A stretch of DNA of 48,143 nt. Source: a bacterium. GTDB taxonomy: Bacteria > Desulfobacterota > DSWW01. Shown piece after piece: positions 9,412-18,354 of the stretch (within the stretch, counting starts at the first letter, position 1; every line of letters begins with the position of its first letter). The position numbers and the translations under genes were made by a program. The notes beneath the pieces are model-generated. The model ran no database searches. It worked only from the letters and a program-made list of their open reading frames with translations, and had not been told where the DNA came from. The DNA is taken from the NCBI GenBank assembly GCA_040756235.1, contig JBFLZG010000093.1, forward strand, positions 1 through 48,143, given 5' to 3'.

Positions 9412-10667
9412 GCGATGCGGTTGACCGTCGTCCTAGGAAACGTTTCCTTGAGGATGTGACCTCCCAGGCGGTTGAGGACGGAGTTTTCCCCGTCGGCGAT
9501 GGTCATGCTGCGGGCGTCTCGCCACAGCTTCTCCACGTAGTACTCCTTCGTGAGCCCGTTGGCCCCGTGGATCTGCAGGGCCTCCTCGACCACCTCCTTC
9601 GCGGTTTCCGTGCAGAAGGTCTTGGACGCAAACGCGTACTCGGCCAGGGGAGGGTAGGCGCGATTGTTGAGATCCCAGACGGCCCGGCTCATGGCCCGGA
9701 CGGCTTCGACACGGGCGAACATGCGATGGATGCGGACCTTGATGCTGTAGTGATCGATCAGGAGCCGGCCGCCCTGGATCCGCTGCTTGGCATAATCCAG
9801 GGCCTCCTCGAAGGCGGCCCGGGCGATGCCCAGCGCGATCACGCCCACGGCCGTGTTCCCGAACCCCAGATTGCCCACGACCCACTCACCGTAGTCGTCC
9901 GGGCCGACGAACATCCAGTGCTTCGGGATCCTGACGTTGTCGAAGAACAGCTCGCCTTGCGGCAGGTCACGAACCCCCACCTTCTCGAGAGGCTTTCCCC
10001 GGCTCACGCCGGGAAGATCGAGAGAGAGCATGCAGACACCGCCGCCGGACGGGCCCCTGGAGGTGTCGATCTGGACGTTCAGCATGACGTGCGTGGCCGT
10101 GGGCCCGCAGGAGACCCAGGCGGACTTTTGTCCGTTGAGCACCCACTGGTCGCCCTCCGGCCTGGCGCTGCACTGCATCCGGATCGCCGGATCATGGAAA
10201 AAGGGCTCGTACACGGCGAGCGTGTCCGAGCCATGGTCCGGCTCGGTGATGGCCCAGCCCCCCGTGATGCTGCCGTCCGCGCAGCGGCAGAAGGGGACCA
10301 CGAATTCCTCGATCAGCCGCGGATTGCCGGTCGCCATGACCTTGATGTACGGCCACGCCGCCAGCAGGAGCACTCCGCCCAGGCCGGGGCTGCCCCAGAA
10401 GAGCTCTTCCATGAGGATATGGCTCTGCAGGGGCGTGAACCCCAGACCGCCCACGATCTCCGGAAACGCGGCCCTGTGGTAGCCGAGCGCGAAGGCCTGT
10501 TTGAGAAATCCCCAGACGGGCGCGCCTGGGGCGACGGCGTCCGCGGCCGTCATGCGGTCCATCTGCTTTCCGATCGGCCGCATGACTTCTTTGGCGAACT
10601 TGTGTGCGGCTTCCCGGATGGCCTTCTCTTGCGGACCCACGTCGAGATTCACGTCGAAGTACGTCAT
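9408..10667 (-). CDS. Acyl-CoA dehydrogenase
   Basis: WAITEPDHGSD, WVLNGQKSAWVS, YAKQRIQGG, ALQIHGANGLTKEYYVEKLWRDAR. Start moved to ATG 10667 (GAGGAG RBS). Confidence 0.93.
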   Translation of the reverse strand: MTYFDVNLDVGPQEKAIREAAHKFAKEVMRPIGKQMDRMTAADAVAPGAPVWGFLKQAFALGYHRAAFPEIVGGLGFTPLQSHILMEELFWGSPGLGGVLLLAAWPYIKVMATGNPRLIEEFVVPFCRCADGSITGGWAITEPDHGSDTLAVYEPFFHDPAIRMQCSARPEGDQWVLNGQKSAWVSCGPTATHVMLNVQIDTSRGPSGGGVCMLSLDLPGVSRGKPLEKVGVRDLPQGELFFDNVRIPKHWMFVGPDDYGEWVVGNLGFGNTAVGVIALGIARAAFEEALDYAKQRIQGGRLLIDHYSIKVRIHRMFARVEAVRAMSRAVWDLNNRAYPPLAEYAFASKTFCTETAKEVVEEALQIHGANGLTKEYYVEKLWRDARSMTIADGENSVLNRLGGHILKETFPRTTVNRIA

Positions 10668-10928
10668 CGACACTCTCCTCTCCGTTCGGTGTTTGCGAGC
10701 GGACGTTACGGTGCGCGAAGCTCGAGGTCGACGGACTTGACATCTCGTCTTTACGGAGGCCACACTGCTACATGCCGAGCGACGGCTGCAGCTTCGGGAT
10801 ATTCTCGCCTCCATGGAGGTCGGCTGGTCCGTGGTCCCTCCGCACGCCCGCGAGTATAGAGAACGCATTCGATCGGTGGGAATCCCCTGAACTGGGGTTT
10901 TTTCCCTAGCCGATTACGGGTACCCGTC

Positions 10929-12539
10929 ATGCCTCTGCCCTCGCTGCCGCGGCTCATCAAGGCCCAAAGGCACAAGATCTTCCGGGAAACCGTGAGGCGC
11001 ATTGCCGACCACCCCTGGTCTCCTTACCAGGAGTTCCTCGTCCGCACAGCGGAAGGGCAGGATCGCCTGCAGACGTGGCTGGATCTGTTTGCCGAGGCCC
11101 TGGCCGGGCATGAAGAGGCGTTCTTGGAGGACCAGAAAAGCATCGGGTACGTGCGCTCCCGGATGGAAGGCTTCGGGCTCGAGGTGCTCACGCAGTTTTA
11201 CTGCACCGTCCCGGACGTCATGTGGAGGATCATCGACGAGGCTGTCGGCAGGCGCGGCTCGGCGCTGCCGGCGCTGCCGCGGCAGATCCAGCACCTGAAC
11301 ACGGTTCTGCTCAGGGGCTACAGCGCCATCGCCACCTCTTACGTTAAGAGCCGCGAAGAGGGGATCGTCGAGAAGGTCAAGCAGCTTCAGGACCTGAACC
11401 GGTTCACCCGCGAGATCATCACCCTGATCGAACCGGAGGAGCTGGTCCGCTTCCTTCTCGGCAGGATGGCCACCCTCTTCGGGGTGGAGGAAACGGCGAT
11501 GGCTCTTTGCCGGGAGGGAAAGGTGCAAGGGGTCTACCGGCATCCTCCTGCAGCGCGGGAGCTTGCGCCGAACCAGATCATGGAGAAGACCCTGAAGAGG
11601 GGCACGATCTGGTTCCTGGACGCGAGCGGCCGACCGTTCCGTTTCCTCCGCCAGTCCCCCCGCAAGAGGGCCGTGTCCGTGCCGGTGCGGGCCCACGGCC
11701 GCCTCTACGGCGTTCTCTGCCTGCGCAACCGGTGTCGGAGCTTCGTCTTTCTGGAGAAGGAGCTCGGGCTGCTCAACCAGTTCCTCCACATCATGGCCGT
11801 CGCCCTCGAGAACGCCTTCATGCTGAAGGAGAACCGGGAAGCGCGAGAACAGCTCCATCTGCTGACCGGCCGGATGATCACCATTCAGGAGGAAGAACGG
11901 AGACGGGTCGCCGGAGACATCCACGACACCCTGACTCAGGCCCTGATCGGCATCGGGTACAAGATGCAGTTCTGCCGGGAGATCGCCGGCCGGAAGCACG
12001 AGCTGCTCCTCGATCAGCTGGAGATTCTTCTGAGAACAGTGAATCAGGCGATCGACCAGTCCAGGGCGCTGATCTCGAGCCTGCGGCCCGATCTGATCGA
12101 CACCATGGGGTTGGTCCCGGCCCTCAAGCGGCACTTCCAGAGCTTTTCCGAGGAGACCGGCATCCGGGTGAAGGCCCGTCTGCCGAGGAAGACCCAGCTG
12201 CCGGTCGGAGTGAACATCTGTCTTTTCCGGATCGCGCAAGAGGCGCTGATGAACGTGTACAAGCACGCCGAGACGAGAGAGGTCGAGGTCGCGCTCGGCA
12301 AACGGAACGGAAGGATGGTGTTCGTGGTGGCGGACAAGGGCAGGGGATTCGATCCGGCCAAGACCACCGCGCCGGGCCGGAGTGACCTCAGCCGGCTGGG
12401 CCTGCTCTCCATGCGGGAGCGGATCGAATCGGAGGGCGGCAGCCTGCAGATCCGCGCCGCCGAGCGCCGGGGGTGCCGCATCGAGGCCATGATCCCGATC
12501 CCTTTGGATGACAGAGGGTGTCGAAAGACACCCTCTTGA
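10929..12539 (+). CDS. Soluble sensor histidine kinase (helical N-terminal domain, GAF, HisKA_3, HATPase)
   Basis: EERRRVAGDIHD H-box, QEALMNVYKHA N-box, DKGRGF G1 box; no transmembrane helix. Confidence 0.92.
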   Translation: MPLPSLPRLIKAQRHKIFRETVRRIADHPWSPYQEFLVRTAEGQDRLQTWLDLFAEALAGHEEAFLEDQKSIGYVRSRMEGFGLEVLTQFYCTVPDVMWRIIDEAVGRRGSALPALPRQIQHLNTVLLRGYSAIATSYVKSREEGIVEKVKQLQDLNRFTREIITLIEPEELVRFLLGRMATLFGVEETAMALCREGKVQGVYRHPPAARELAPNQIMEKTLKRGTIWFLDASGRPFRFLRQSPRKRAVSVPVRAHGRLYGVLCLRNRCRSFVFLEKELGLLNQFLHIMAVALENAFMLKENREAREQLHLLTGRMITIQEEERRRVAGDIHDTLTQALIGIGYKMQFCREIAGRKHELLLDQLEILLRTVNQAIDQSRALISSLRPDLIDTMGLVPALKRHFQSFSEETGIRVKARLPRKTQLPVGVNICLFRIAQEALMNVYKHAETREVEVALGKRNGRMVFVVADKGRGFDPAKTTAPGRSDLSRLGLLSMRERIESEGGSLQIRAAERRGCRIEAMIPIPLDDRGCRKTPS

Positions 12540-12787
12540 ATTGAGAGGCTGTTGAGAAATGGCCAGATGCAAGGCGCGCGACAATTCCGCAGGACTGCGG
12601 AATTGGACGCATCATCCCCAAGGATGATGCGCCCGCAGGGCGAGCGCCATGGACGGCGCGAGTCAAATCCTGAGGAATGAGCTGAATCGGGGTTCTCAGG
12701 GGACCCCGGCCTGCGCCGGGGCAGGCTCCACGCGCCTCCTTACGCGATGAGCGCAACGCCGCAGATGGCCGTTTATCGACAGCCTCT
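12513..12787 (+). mobile_element. Structured miniature repeat element, copy C (core 12544-12787) plus satellite hairpin (12513-12536), with nested inserts
   Basis: AGAGGCTGT...ACAGCCTCT termini; satellite AGAGGGTGTC-GAAA-GACACCCTCT; 84-bp multi-hairpin insert at 12582-12665. Confidence 0.85.
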
Positions 12788-12803
12788 GACAGAGGAAGAC
12801 GAC

Positions 12804-13472
12804 GTGCGCAGGATACGTGTTCTGATCGTGGATGATCACGTCGTGGTGCGGGAAGGGCTCAGGCAGATCCTGGAGCTCGCTCCCGACATCGAGGTGGTCG
12901 GGGAGGCCGAGAACGGGCTCGAATGCCTGAAGCTCATCGAACAGAAGCGGCCCGATCTGATCTTCATGGACGTGCGCATGCCGGGCATCAGCGGCATCGA
13001 AACGACGCGGCTGGTATGCGAGCGGTTCCCGGACGTCCGGGTGATCGTGCTCACCATTTACGAGGACGCCGAGCACGTGAAAGAGTCGATCAAGGCGGGC
13101 GCAAAGGGCTACGTGCTCAAGAAGGCCAAGCGGGAGGAGCTGATCCGCATCGCCCGGGACGCCATGGAAGACCGGGCTTTCCTGGATCCTACCGTGGTGC
13201 CGGCCGTGTTCCGTATCCTGAAGGAGAAGGCGGACAGTCTCGGCTGCCCCAAGGAAACCGGCCAGGAAGGCCTGACCGGAAGAGAGCTCGAGGTCCTCAA
13301 GGGCATCGTGGACGGCCACAAGGACCGCGCCATCGCCGCCGCGCTCCATATTTCCGAGCACACCGTCCGATCCCACGTCAAGAGCCTCTATCGGAAGCTG
13401 GGCGTCTCGTCCAGGTCCCAGGCGGTCCTGAAGGCCGTTCGGGAAGGCATCATCCAGGGAAGCGGCTGTTGA
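12804..13472 (+). CDS. NarL/FixJ-family response regulator (REC + LuxR HTH)
   Basis: VLIVDDH, DLIFMDVRMP, GYVLK, LTGRELEVL, ISEHTVRSHVKSLYRKLGV. Start moved to GTG 12804 because the upstream ATG is in the repeat. Confidence 0.93.
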   Translation: MRRIRVLIVDDHVVVREGLRQILELAPDIEVVGEAENGLECLKLIEQKRPDLIFMDVRMPGISGIETTRLVCERFPDVRVIVLTIYEDAEHVKESIKAGAKGYVLKKAKREELIRIARDAMEDRAFLDPTVVPAVFRILKEKADSLGCPKETGQEGLTGRELEVLKGIVDGHKDRAIAAALHISEHTVRSHVKSLYRKLGVSSRSQAVLKAVREGIIQGSGC

Positions 13473-13521
13473 GGGGGCCATCGACCGAACGCCGCTCGTC
13501 GGCTCCGAACCGGGGGCTCCC

Positions 13522-14823
13522 GTGAGCACGTCCGAACGCATTTCCGTGCTGTTGATCGAGTGCAATCCTTTCATGCCGGCCCATACCCCCCTGTCGCTGG
13601 GCTACCTGGCTGCCGGCTTGAAGAAGCACGGTTTCCGGGCCGAGGTCCTGAACATCGGCAGCGACACCCTCTTTTCGACACACGGGCTTGCCCGCCTGCT
13701 GTGCGAGGCGAAGCCGCGCGTCGTGGGACTGTCCGCCTACCAGCGGAACCTCTTCTTCGTCAGGGGGCTGGCGCAATTCTCCAAGTCTCTGGTGCCCGGC
13801 TGTCTCACCGCCCTCGGCGGGCCTCAGGCGACGTTCCTGCCGGCTGCGGCTCTGGAGGAGCTGCCGTCGATCGACCTGGTGTGCCGCGCCGAGGGGGAAG
13901 TCGCCTTGTTGCGCCTTGCGGAACGATTGCGCGACGGAGCGCCCTGGATCGGGACGCCGGGATGGAGCGGACGGAACCCGGACGGCAGCGTGTGGCACGG
14001 CGCGCCTCTGGAGGGTTCCGACGACCTGGATGATTACCCCTCGCCTTACCTGGACGGGACGCTCCGGCCGCAGCCGTCTGAGGAGGCGATCCTGACCGGT
14101 TCGCGAGGGTGCCCCTCGCGCTGCGCCTTCTGCTACACCCCCCGGGCCTTCGGCAGGAGGATCCGCTGCCACTCGGTCGAAAGGATCGTGGAGGAGATGC
14201 TCTGCATCTCGAGGCTCGGGGCGGACCGATTCTGGTTCGCGGACCCGAGCTTCACGTTCCAGGCGGAGCGGGTCCATCGGTTTCTGGATACCCTGCTGGC
14301 CAGGGGGCCGAAAGGCAGGATCTGGCTCGAGACGCGCGCCGATCTGGTGGACCAGGAGATGCTCGAGAAGATGAAGAGGGCAGGGGTCCACACGGTTGCC
14401 TACGGGCTCGAGTCGGCCTGTCCGGACGTGCTCAAGAGGATTCGCAAACCGCTCGCACTCGAGCAGGTGGAGCGGGCGCTGCGCCTGACCCAGGCGTCCG
14501 GAATCGAGGTGGAGTTATTCTCCCAGTACGGCCTTCCGGGAGAGAGTCTTGCGGACGCAAAGAAGACGTTGGACTTCGTCCTGTCCAACGGGATCCCGGT
14601 GCGGGGCAACACCAACGCCCAGCAGATGCAGATCTACTTCGGCACAGACATCCAGGCACGTCCGGGCGCATTCGGGATCCGGCCGCTCGAGGAGCGGATT
14701 CCGGCCTGCCTGTCGGTGGGGTCGAGGTATGAGACGGATGCCATGAAGGCAGAGGAGATCCTGAAGGTGGCCGACCTCTGGAAAGCGGCCTCTGTGGACG
14801 GGGGCAAACGTACGGTTTCTTGA
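13522..14823 (+). CDS. Cobalamin-binding radical SAM enzyme (class B methyltransferase-like)
   Basis: PLSLGYLAA, LGGPQAT and AEGE in the B12-binding domain; SRGCPSRCAFC (CxxxCxxC); YGLES; GLPGES. Confidence 0.9.
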   Translation: MSTSERISVLLIECNPFMPAHTPLSLGYLAAGLKKHGFRAEVLNIGSDTLFSTHGLARLLCEAKPRVVGLSAYQRNLFFVRGLAQFSKSLVPGCLTALGGPQATFLPAAALEELPSIDLVCRAEGEVALLRLAERLRDGAPWIGTPGWSGRNPDGSVWHGAPLEGSDDLDDYPSPYLDGTLRPQPSEEAILTGSRGCPSRCAFCYTPRAFGRRIRCHSVERIVEEMLCISRLGADRFWFADPSFTFQAERVHRFLDTLLARGPKGRIWLETRADLVDQEMLEKMKRAGVHTVAYGLESACPDVLKRIRKPLALEQVERALRLTQASGIEVELFSQYGLPGESLADAKKTLDFVLSNGIPVRGNTNAQQMQIYFGTDIQARPGAFGIRPLEERIPACLSVGSRYETDAMKAEEILKVADLWKAASVDGGKRTVS

Positions 14824-14842
14824 AAGTCAGAAGCGGGGCGAC

Positions 14843-16627
14843 ATGGACCACTTGCCCGGAAAGAATCAGGATGCTCCGGAGCCCGTGCAGGGACCTGTGA
14901 CGGATCTCTTCTGCACCTATGGACAGGAGTGCCGCCATCTGGTGCCGATCGGTTTGGGTGCACGGAAAAGAGGATTTGAGGCCCTGTTGTCGCAGCTCGG
15001 GCTCGCCGCCACCTGCTATTTCGTGGGGAAGGAGTTGCCGGGTTCCAGCAAGAAGTTCAACTATTTTCTGGAAAAGCTATGCAGCTTCTTGCAAGAACAT
15101 CATTTTTGCCAATTCAATGTCCGCCCTGTCCACCCCATGACGCAAGGAGACGCGAGACTCTGGGTGGAGTCGTACAGGCATATTCTGGGGGTGTGCAAGG
15201 CCTTTCATGAGGAAGGTTATCGGCATCAGATCGTGTCCAGGCTGCGGATCTTCCCTGTCCTCTGGCTGGAAGAGAGTGTCGATCTGGCGCAAGCGGGATC
15301 TCTGCTGGCCTTCCTGAGCGCGAATTTCTTCCTGCCGTCGCTCATCATGACGCGCGAGGTGGTGCCGAGGATGCGGGACATGGAAGGACGGGGAGGGCGT
15401 TCCGACCTGTTCGAACGAATCTATCTGACCGAAGACCCCGGCTTCGAGCCTTCGAAGGCGATCGGGACCCTGTATGAAAGCGCCCTGCTGGACAGGCTTC
15501 TGGAACAGGACCGCACGGTGCCCATCGAGCCGGGGATCTGCCGGGGGTCTGTAATTCTCGGAGCCGACGGCCGGACCGGCTCGTGCCTGCGCCTGTGGGA
15601 TCCTCGTTCGGAAGGGGCCTTTCCCGAAAATGGGACCGCTCCGCACGGAAAGAGGCAGGGCTGCGCCGGTTGTGTCCGGAACGCCCTGGCGCGGGCGGCG
15701 GAGAGCTACCGCCTGAACGGACGGAGCGAGGAATTCGGAGCGCTCGGCAACCGCGTCGGCGCCTCTCTGCGGCGGGCCGACGAGACGGATGCGGCTCTCG
15801 AGGTGTGGGATCTCGTATCCGCCGGCGAATGCTCAGGCGAGACGTCGCTCGAGGTCCTGATCGGAAGGGCCTCGTGTCGCATTGCGAAAGGCGAGCTGGA
15901 ACGAGCGATGGAGGAGCTCGTCGCCGCTCGGGAAATCGCTCCGGGATCGCCCGAAGTCCGCTACCACATGGGACTGTGCGAGTTCGGCTGGAAGGACTAC
16001 ATCGAGGCGGCCGACCGTTTCCTCGAGGCCGTACGGTTGGGCCTGCGGGACCCGCTGCGCAGTGATGCCGAGTACCATCGGGGAGTCTCTCACTACCGTC
16101 TCGAAGAGTATGACGCTGCGTTGGCGGCGCTGGCGGCCGCGCGGGATCTCGGCAAGAGCGACAGCACCGTGTTGTTTTTCCTCGGCCTGAGCTGGATGGG
16201 GAAGGGGGAAGTTCGAAAGGGTCTCGCCTTTCTCCTCGATTCTTTGCAGGCAGGGCCTTGCGGCGAAGACCTCTTTTACGTCCTGTTCTACATCGGGCAC
16301 GCCCACAAGGAGTTGTCCGCCTTTGCTGAAGCTCTGGTTTACCTCGAGAAGGCGCGCTCGATCGTTCCTGAAAGCAAGGAGGCCGCCAATCTCATGGGCT
16401 TCTGCCACTTCAAGCTGAAGAACTACGATGCATCCATCCGGTGCTTCGAGAAGGCGATCGAGATCGAGCCGCGATCGGCCATCGATTACGCGAACATCGG
16501 AAGCAATCTTCGGGAAAAGGGTGATCTGGAGGGGGCCGAGACCCTGTACCGCAAGGCGCTCTCCCTGGATCCGACCATCGATTTCGCGAGGGAGAGCCTG
16601 GACCGGATCGTGCGGGGGCGGAAGTAG
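14843..16627 (+). CDS. TPR-repeat protein with a Cys-containing SPASM-like middle segment
   Basis: About 8 TPRs in the C-terminal half; ICRGSVILGADGRTGSC...GCAGC in the middle. Confidence 0.8.
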   Translation: MDHLPGKNQDAPEPVQGPVTDLFCTYGQECRHLVPIGLGARKRGFEALLSQLGLAATCYFVGKELPGSSKKFNYFLEKLCSFLQEHHFCQFNVRPVHPMTQGDARLWVESYRHILGVCKAFHEEGYRHQIVSRLRIFPVLWLEESVDLAQAGSLLAFLSANFFLPSLIMTREVVPRMRDMEGRGGRSDLFERIYLTEDPGFEPSKAIGTLYESALLDRLLEQDRTVPIEPGICRGSVILGADGRTGSCLRLWDPRSEGAFPENGTAPHGKRQGCAGCVRNALARAAESYRLNGRSEEFGALGNRVGASLRRADETDAALEVWDLVSAGECSGETSLEVLIGRASCRIAKGELERAMEELVAAREIAPGSPEVRYHMGLCEFGWKDYIEAADRFLEAVRLGLRDPLRSDAEYHRGVSHYRLEEYDAALAALAAARDLGKSDSTVLFFLGLSWMGKGEVRKGLAFLLDSLQAGPCGEDLFYVLFYIGHAHKELSAFAEALVYLEKARSIVPESKEAANLMGFCHFKLKNYDASIRCFEKAIEIEPRSAIDYANIGSNLREKGDLEGAETLYRKALSLDPTIDFARESLDRIVRGRK

Positions 16628-16640
16628 CGACCGCCGAATC

Positions 16641-17369
16641 TCACTCGGACGATGGTCCCTGCACGGCAGTGGATGCCCCTGACCCGCGCGCCCCGGTCCG
16701 AGCATCGGTTCCTGGGCGCAGGCGGGCGGCCAGGTCCTGCAGCATCTCTCTGGAGAGCTTCTCCATCCCTTCGTTCATGGAGCGCACGATCGACTCCGGC
16801 TTCTTGTCCCCGCACGGGGTAGTGACTACATAGCGTTTTTGAAAAATTTCGTTGTTCTCTTCTTCTCTCGACTTTCCGGCAGGATAGAAGAGGACCGTTA
16901 TGGCCACCTCGGTTTCGAGCCCCGCGTCCGTCTGGAGCGCCTGCAGGGACTCCAGGGTCCCGGTCAGTATGTATTCGGGATGAAGGTCCACCTGCGAGCG
17001 AACGACCGCTCTGAAAAGCCCGCTCACCATGAGGTCGCGCGCCATCAGGCGCGTCACCATGGCGGCGGGGCTCACGGTCCAGCGCTGATAGTGGTAGAAG
17101 CGGGTCGAGGAGCCGGCCTCCGTGTAGACGATGCGGTCCGTTGCATAGGCGTCCGTGGCATCGAAGCGCTTGAGACGCAACGGTCCCGCCACAGGATTCG
17201 GGGAAAGAGAAGGCGGGGAAGGGTAGTCGAGAGTGTAATATTGAATGGTGGGGGTGGAGCGCTCAAAGCCCTCCAGCCGGATGCACCCGACCGTCAGAGC
17301 GGCGAGGGCGGCAGTCCACAGCAGAACCAGCCAGAAGGTAGCTCTCATTTGCATCCGGGGCCTCCTCAC
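16641..17369 (-). CDS. ABC-transport auxiliary lipoprotein (PqiC-like)
   Basis: Lipobox LTVGC; YYTLDY, TDRIVY, RWTVSPAAMV; last gene of the Mla/Mce operon. Confidence 0.8.
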   Translation of the reverse strand: MRRPRMQMRATFWLVLLWTAALAALTVGCIRLEGFERSTPTIQYYTLDYPSPPSLSPNPVAGPLRLKRFDATDAYATDRIVYTEAGSSTRFYHYQRWTVSPAAMVTRLMARDLMVSGLFRAVVRSQVDLHPEYILTGTLESLQALQTDAGLETEVAITVLFYPAGKSREEENNEIFQKRYVVTTPCGDKKPESIVRSMNEGMEKLSREMLQDLAARLRPGTDARTGARGSGASTAVQGPSSE

Positions 17370-17397
17370 TTCGCTTCTTCGCTGGAGGGCGCTCTGT

Positions 17398-18354
17398 TCA
17401 AGGGGTCGATTCCGGAGGTTTCGAAAACAGAAGTTGAGAGGGGTTGTCCCGGAGGCTGATGGCGAGATTGTTGAAGGACTCCGTCGCCCGCCGCAGGTTT
17501 TCCAGCAAGGCGAACAGATTGCCCTCTTCCCGGGAAAGCAGGGAGCGGAGCGCTTCGGCCGTGAGCGTCCCCTCCTCGAGCAGCCGGTCCAGCTTCTCGG
17601 ATGAGGTCTTCACGCGCTCTCCGAGGTCCATCTCGTTCAACTCTCCTCGGAGCCGCGTGGAGAGCTCGTTCAGTGAGCTCAGGGTCTCGGAGACGTTGCG
17701 CAGGGACTCTCGGACTTGCGGTTCCCGGAGCGCCGAGTCGATCCTGCGGGTCGAGTCTCGGAGGTACGCTGTCGTCTCCTGGACGTTCAGCAGCACCTTC
17801 TCCCATTGCTTGCTTGCGAAAAGGGTGTTCAGGGACTTCAACGATTCGTCCAAGGTGTCGGCAATGCCTTTCAGGTCGAGCTCGTTTAGTTGAGCGAGAA
17901 ACTGCTGGGCGGCGGTGAGGAACTCCTGAGTCTCGGACGGGACCGAGGGGACGACCGGATGAGGCGGACGAAAGCCGAGTTGGAGAATCGGCTTCGGCGG
18001 GCCCTTCGGCGTGGGCTGAAGCTCCAGGTATTGCACCCCGGTCAATCCGGCGAGTCGCATCTGAACCCGGGTGTCCGGGTTGATCTCGACTTTGGTATCG
18101 ATCTGAAATACGACCTGCGCCATGCTGCCGTCGGGTGAGATTCCGATCTCGCTCACACGGCCGACCGGGACTCCCAGGTAACGAACCACGGAACCCACGT
18201 CCAGTCCCTGAACCGATTCCTCAAAATAAGTCACGTAAGTCTTCGTGCTGGTGAAGAATCGCAGGGCCCCCAGGGAGATGAGCGCGGCCGCGGCGATGAT
18301 CAGCCCGATGGTGACGAAGAGCCCGATCTTGAACTTGCTGGCTTCGGTTGCCAT
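17398..18354 (-). CDS. mlaD: MlaD/MCE-domain substrate-binding protein
   Basis: KIGLFV TM anchor, FEESVQGLDVGSVVRYLGVPVGRV, GLTGVQYLEL, C-terminal helical region. Confidence 0.9.
   Translation of the reverse strand: MATEASKFKIGLFVTIGLIIAAAALISLGALRFFTSTKTYVTYFEESVQGLDVGSVVRYLGVPVGRVSEIGISPDGSMAQVVFQIDTKVEINPDTRVQMRLAGLTGVQYLELQPTPKGPPKPILQLGFRPPHPVVPSVPSETQEFLTAAQQFLAQLNELDLKGIADTLDESLKSLNTLFASKQWEKVLLNVQETTAYLRDSTRRIDSALREPQVRESLRNVSETLSSLNELSTRLRGELNEMDLGERVKTSSEKLDRLLEEGTLTAEALRSLLSREEGNLFALLENLRRATESFNNLAISLRDNPSQLLFSKPPESTP

Noticed and set aside
10668..10868. Extended N-termini for acyl-CoA dehydrogenase, DUF1329, MlaF, TPR 29768 and CoA-transferase 38411
   Set aside because: Downstream starts better match an RBS, a signal peptide or the usual domain start.
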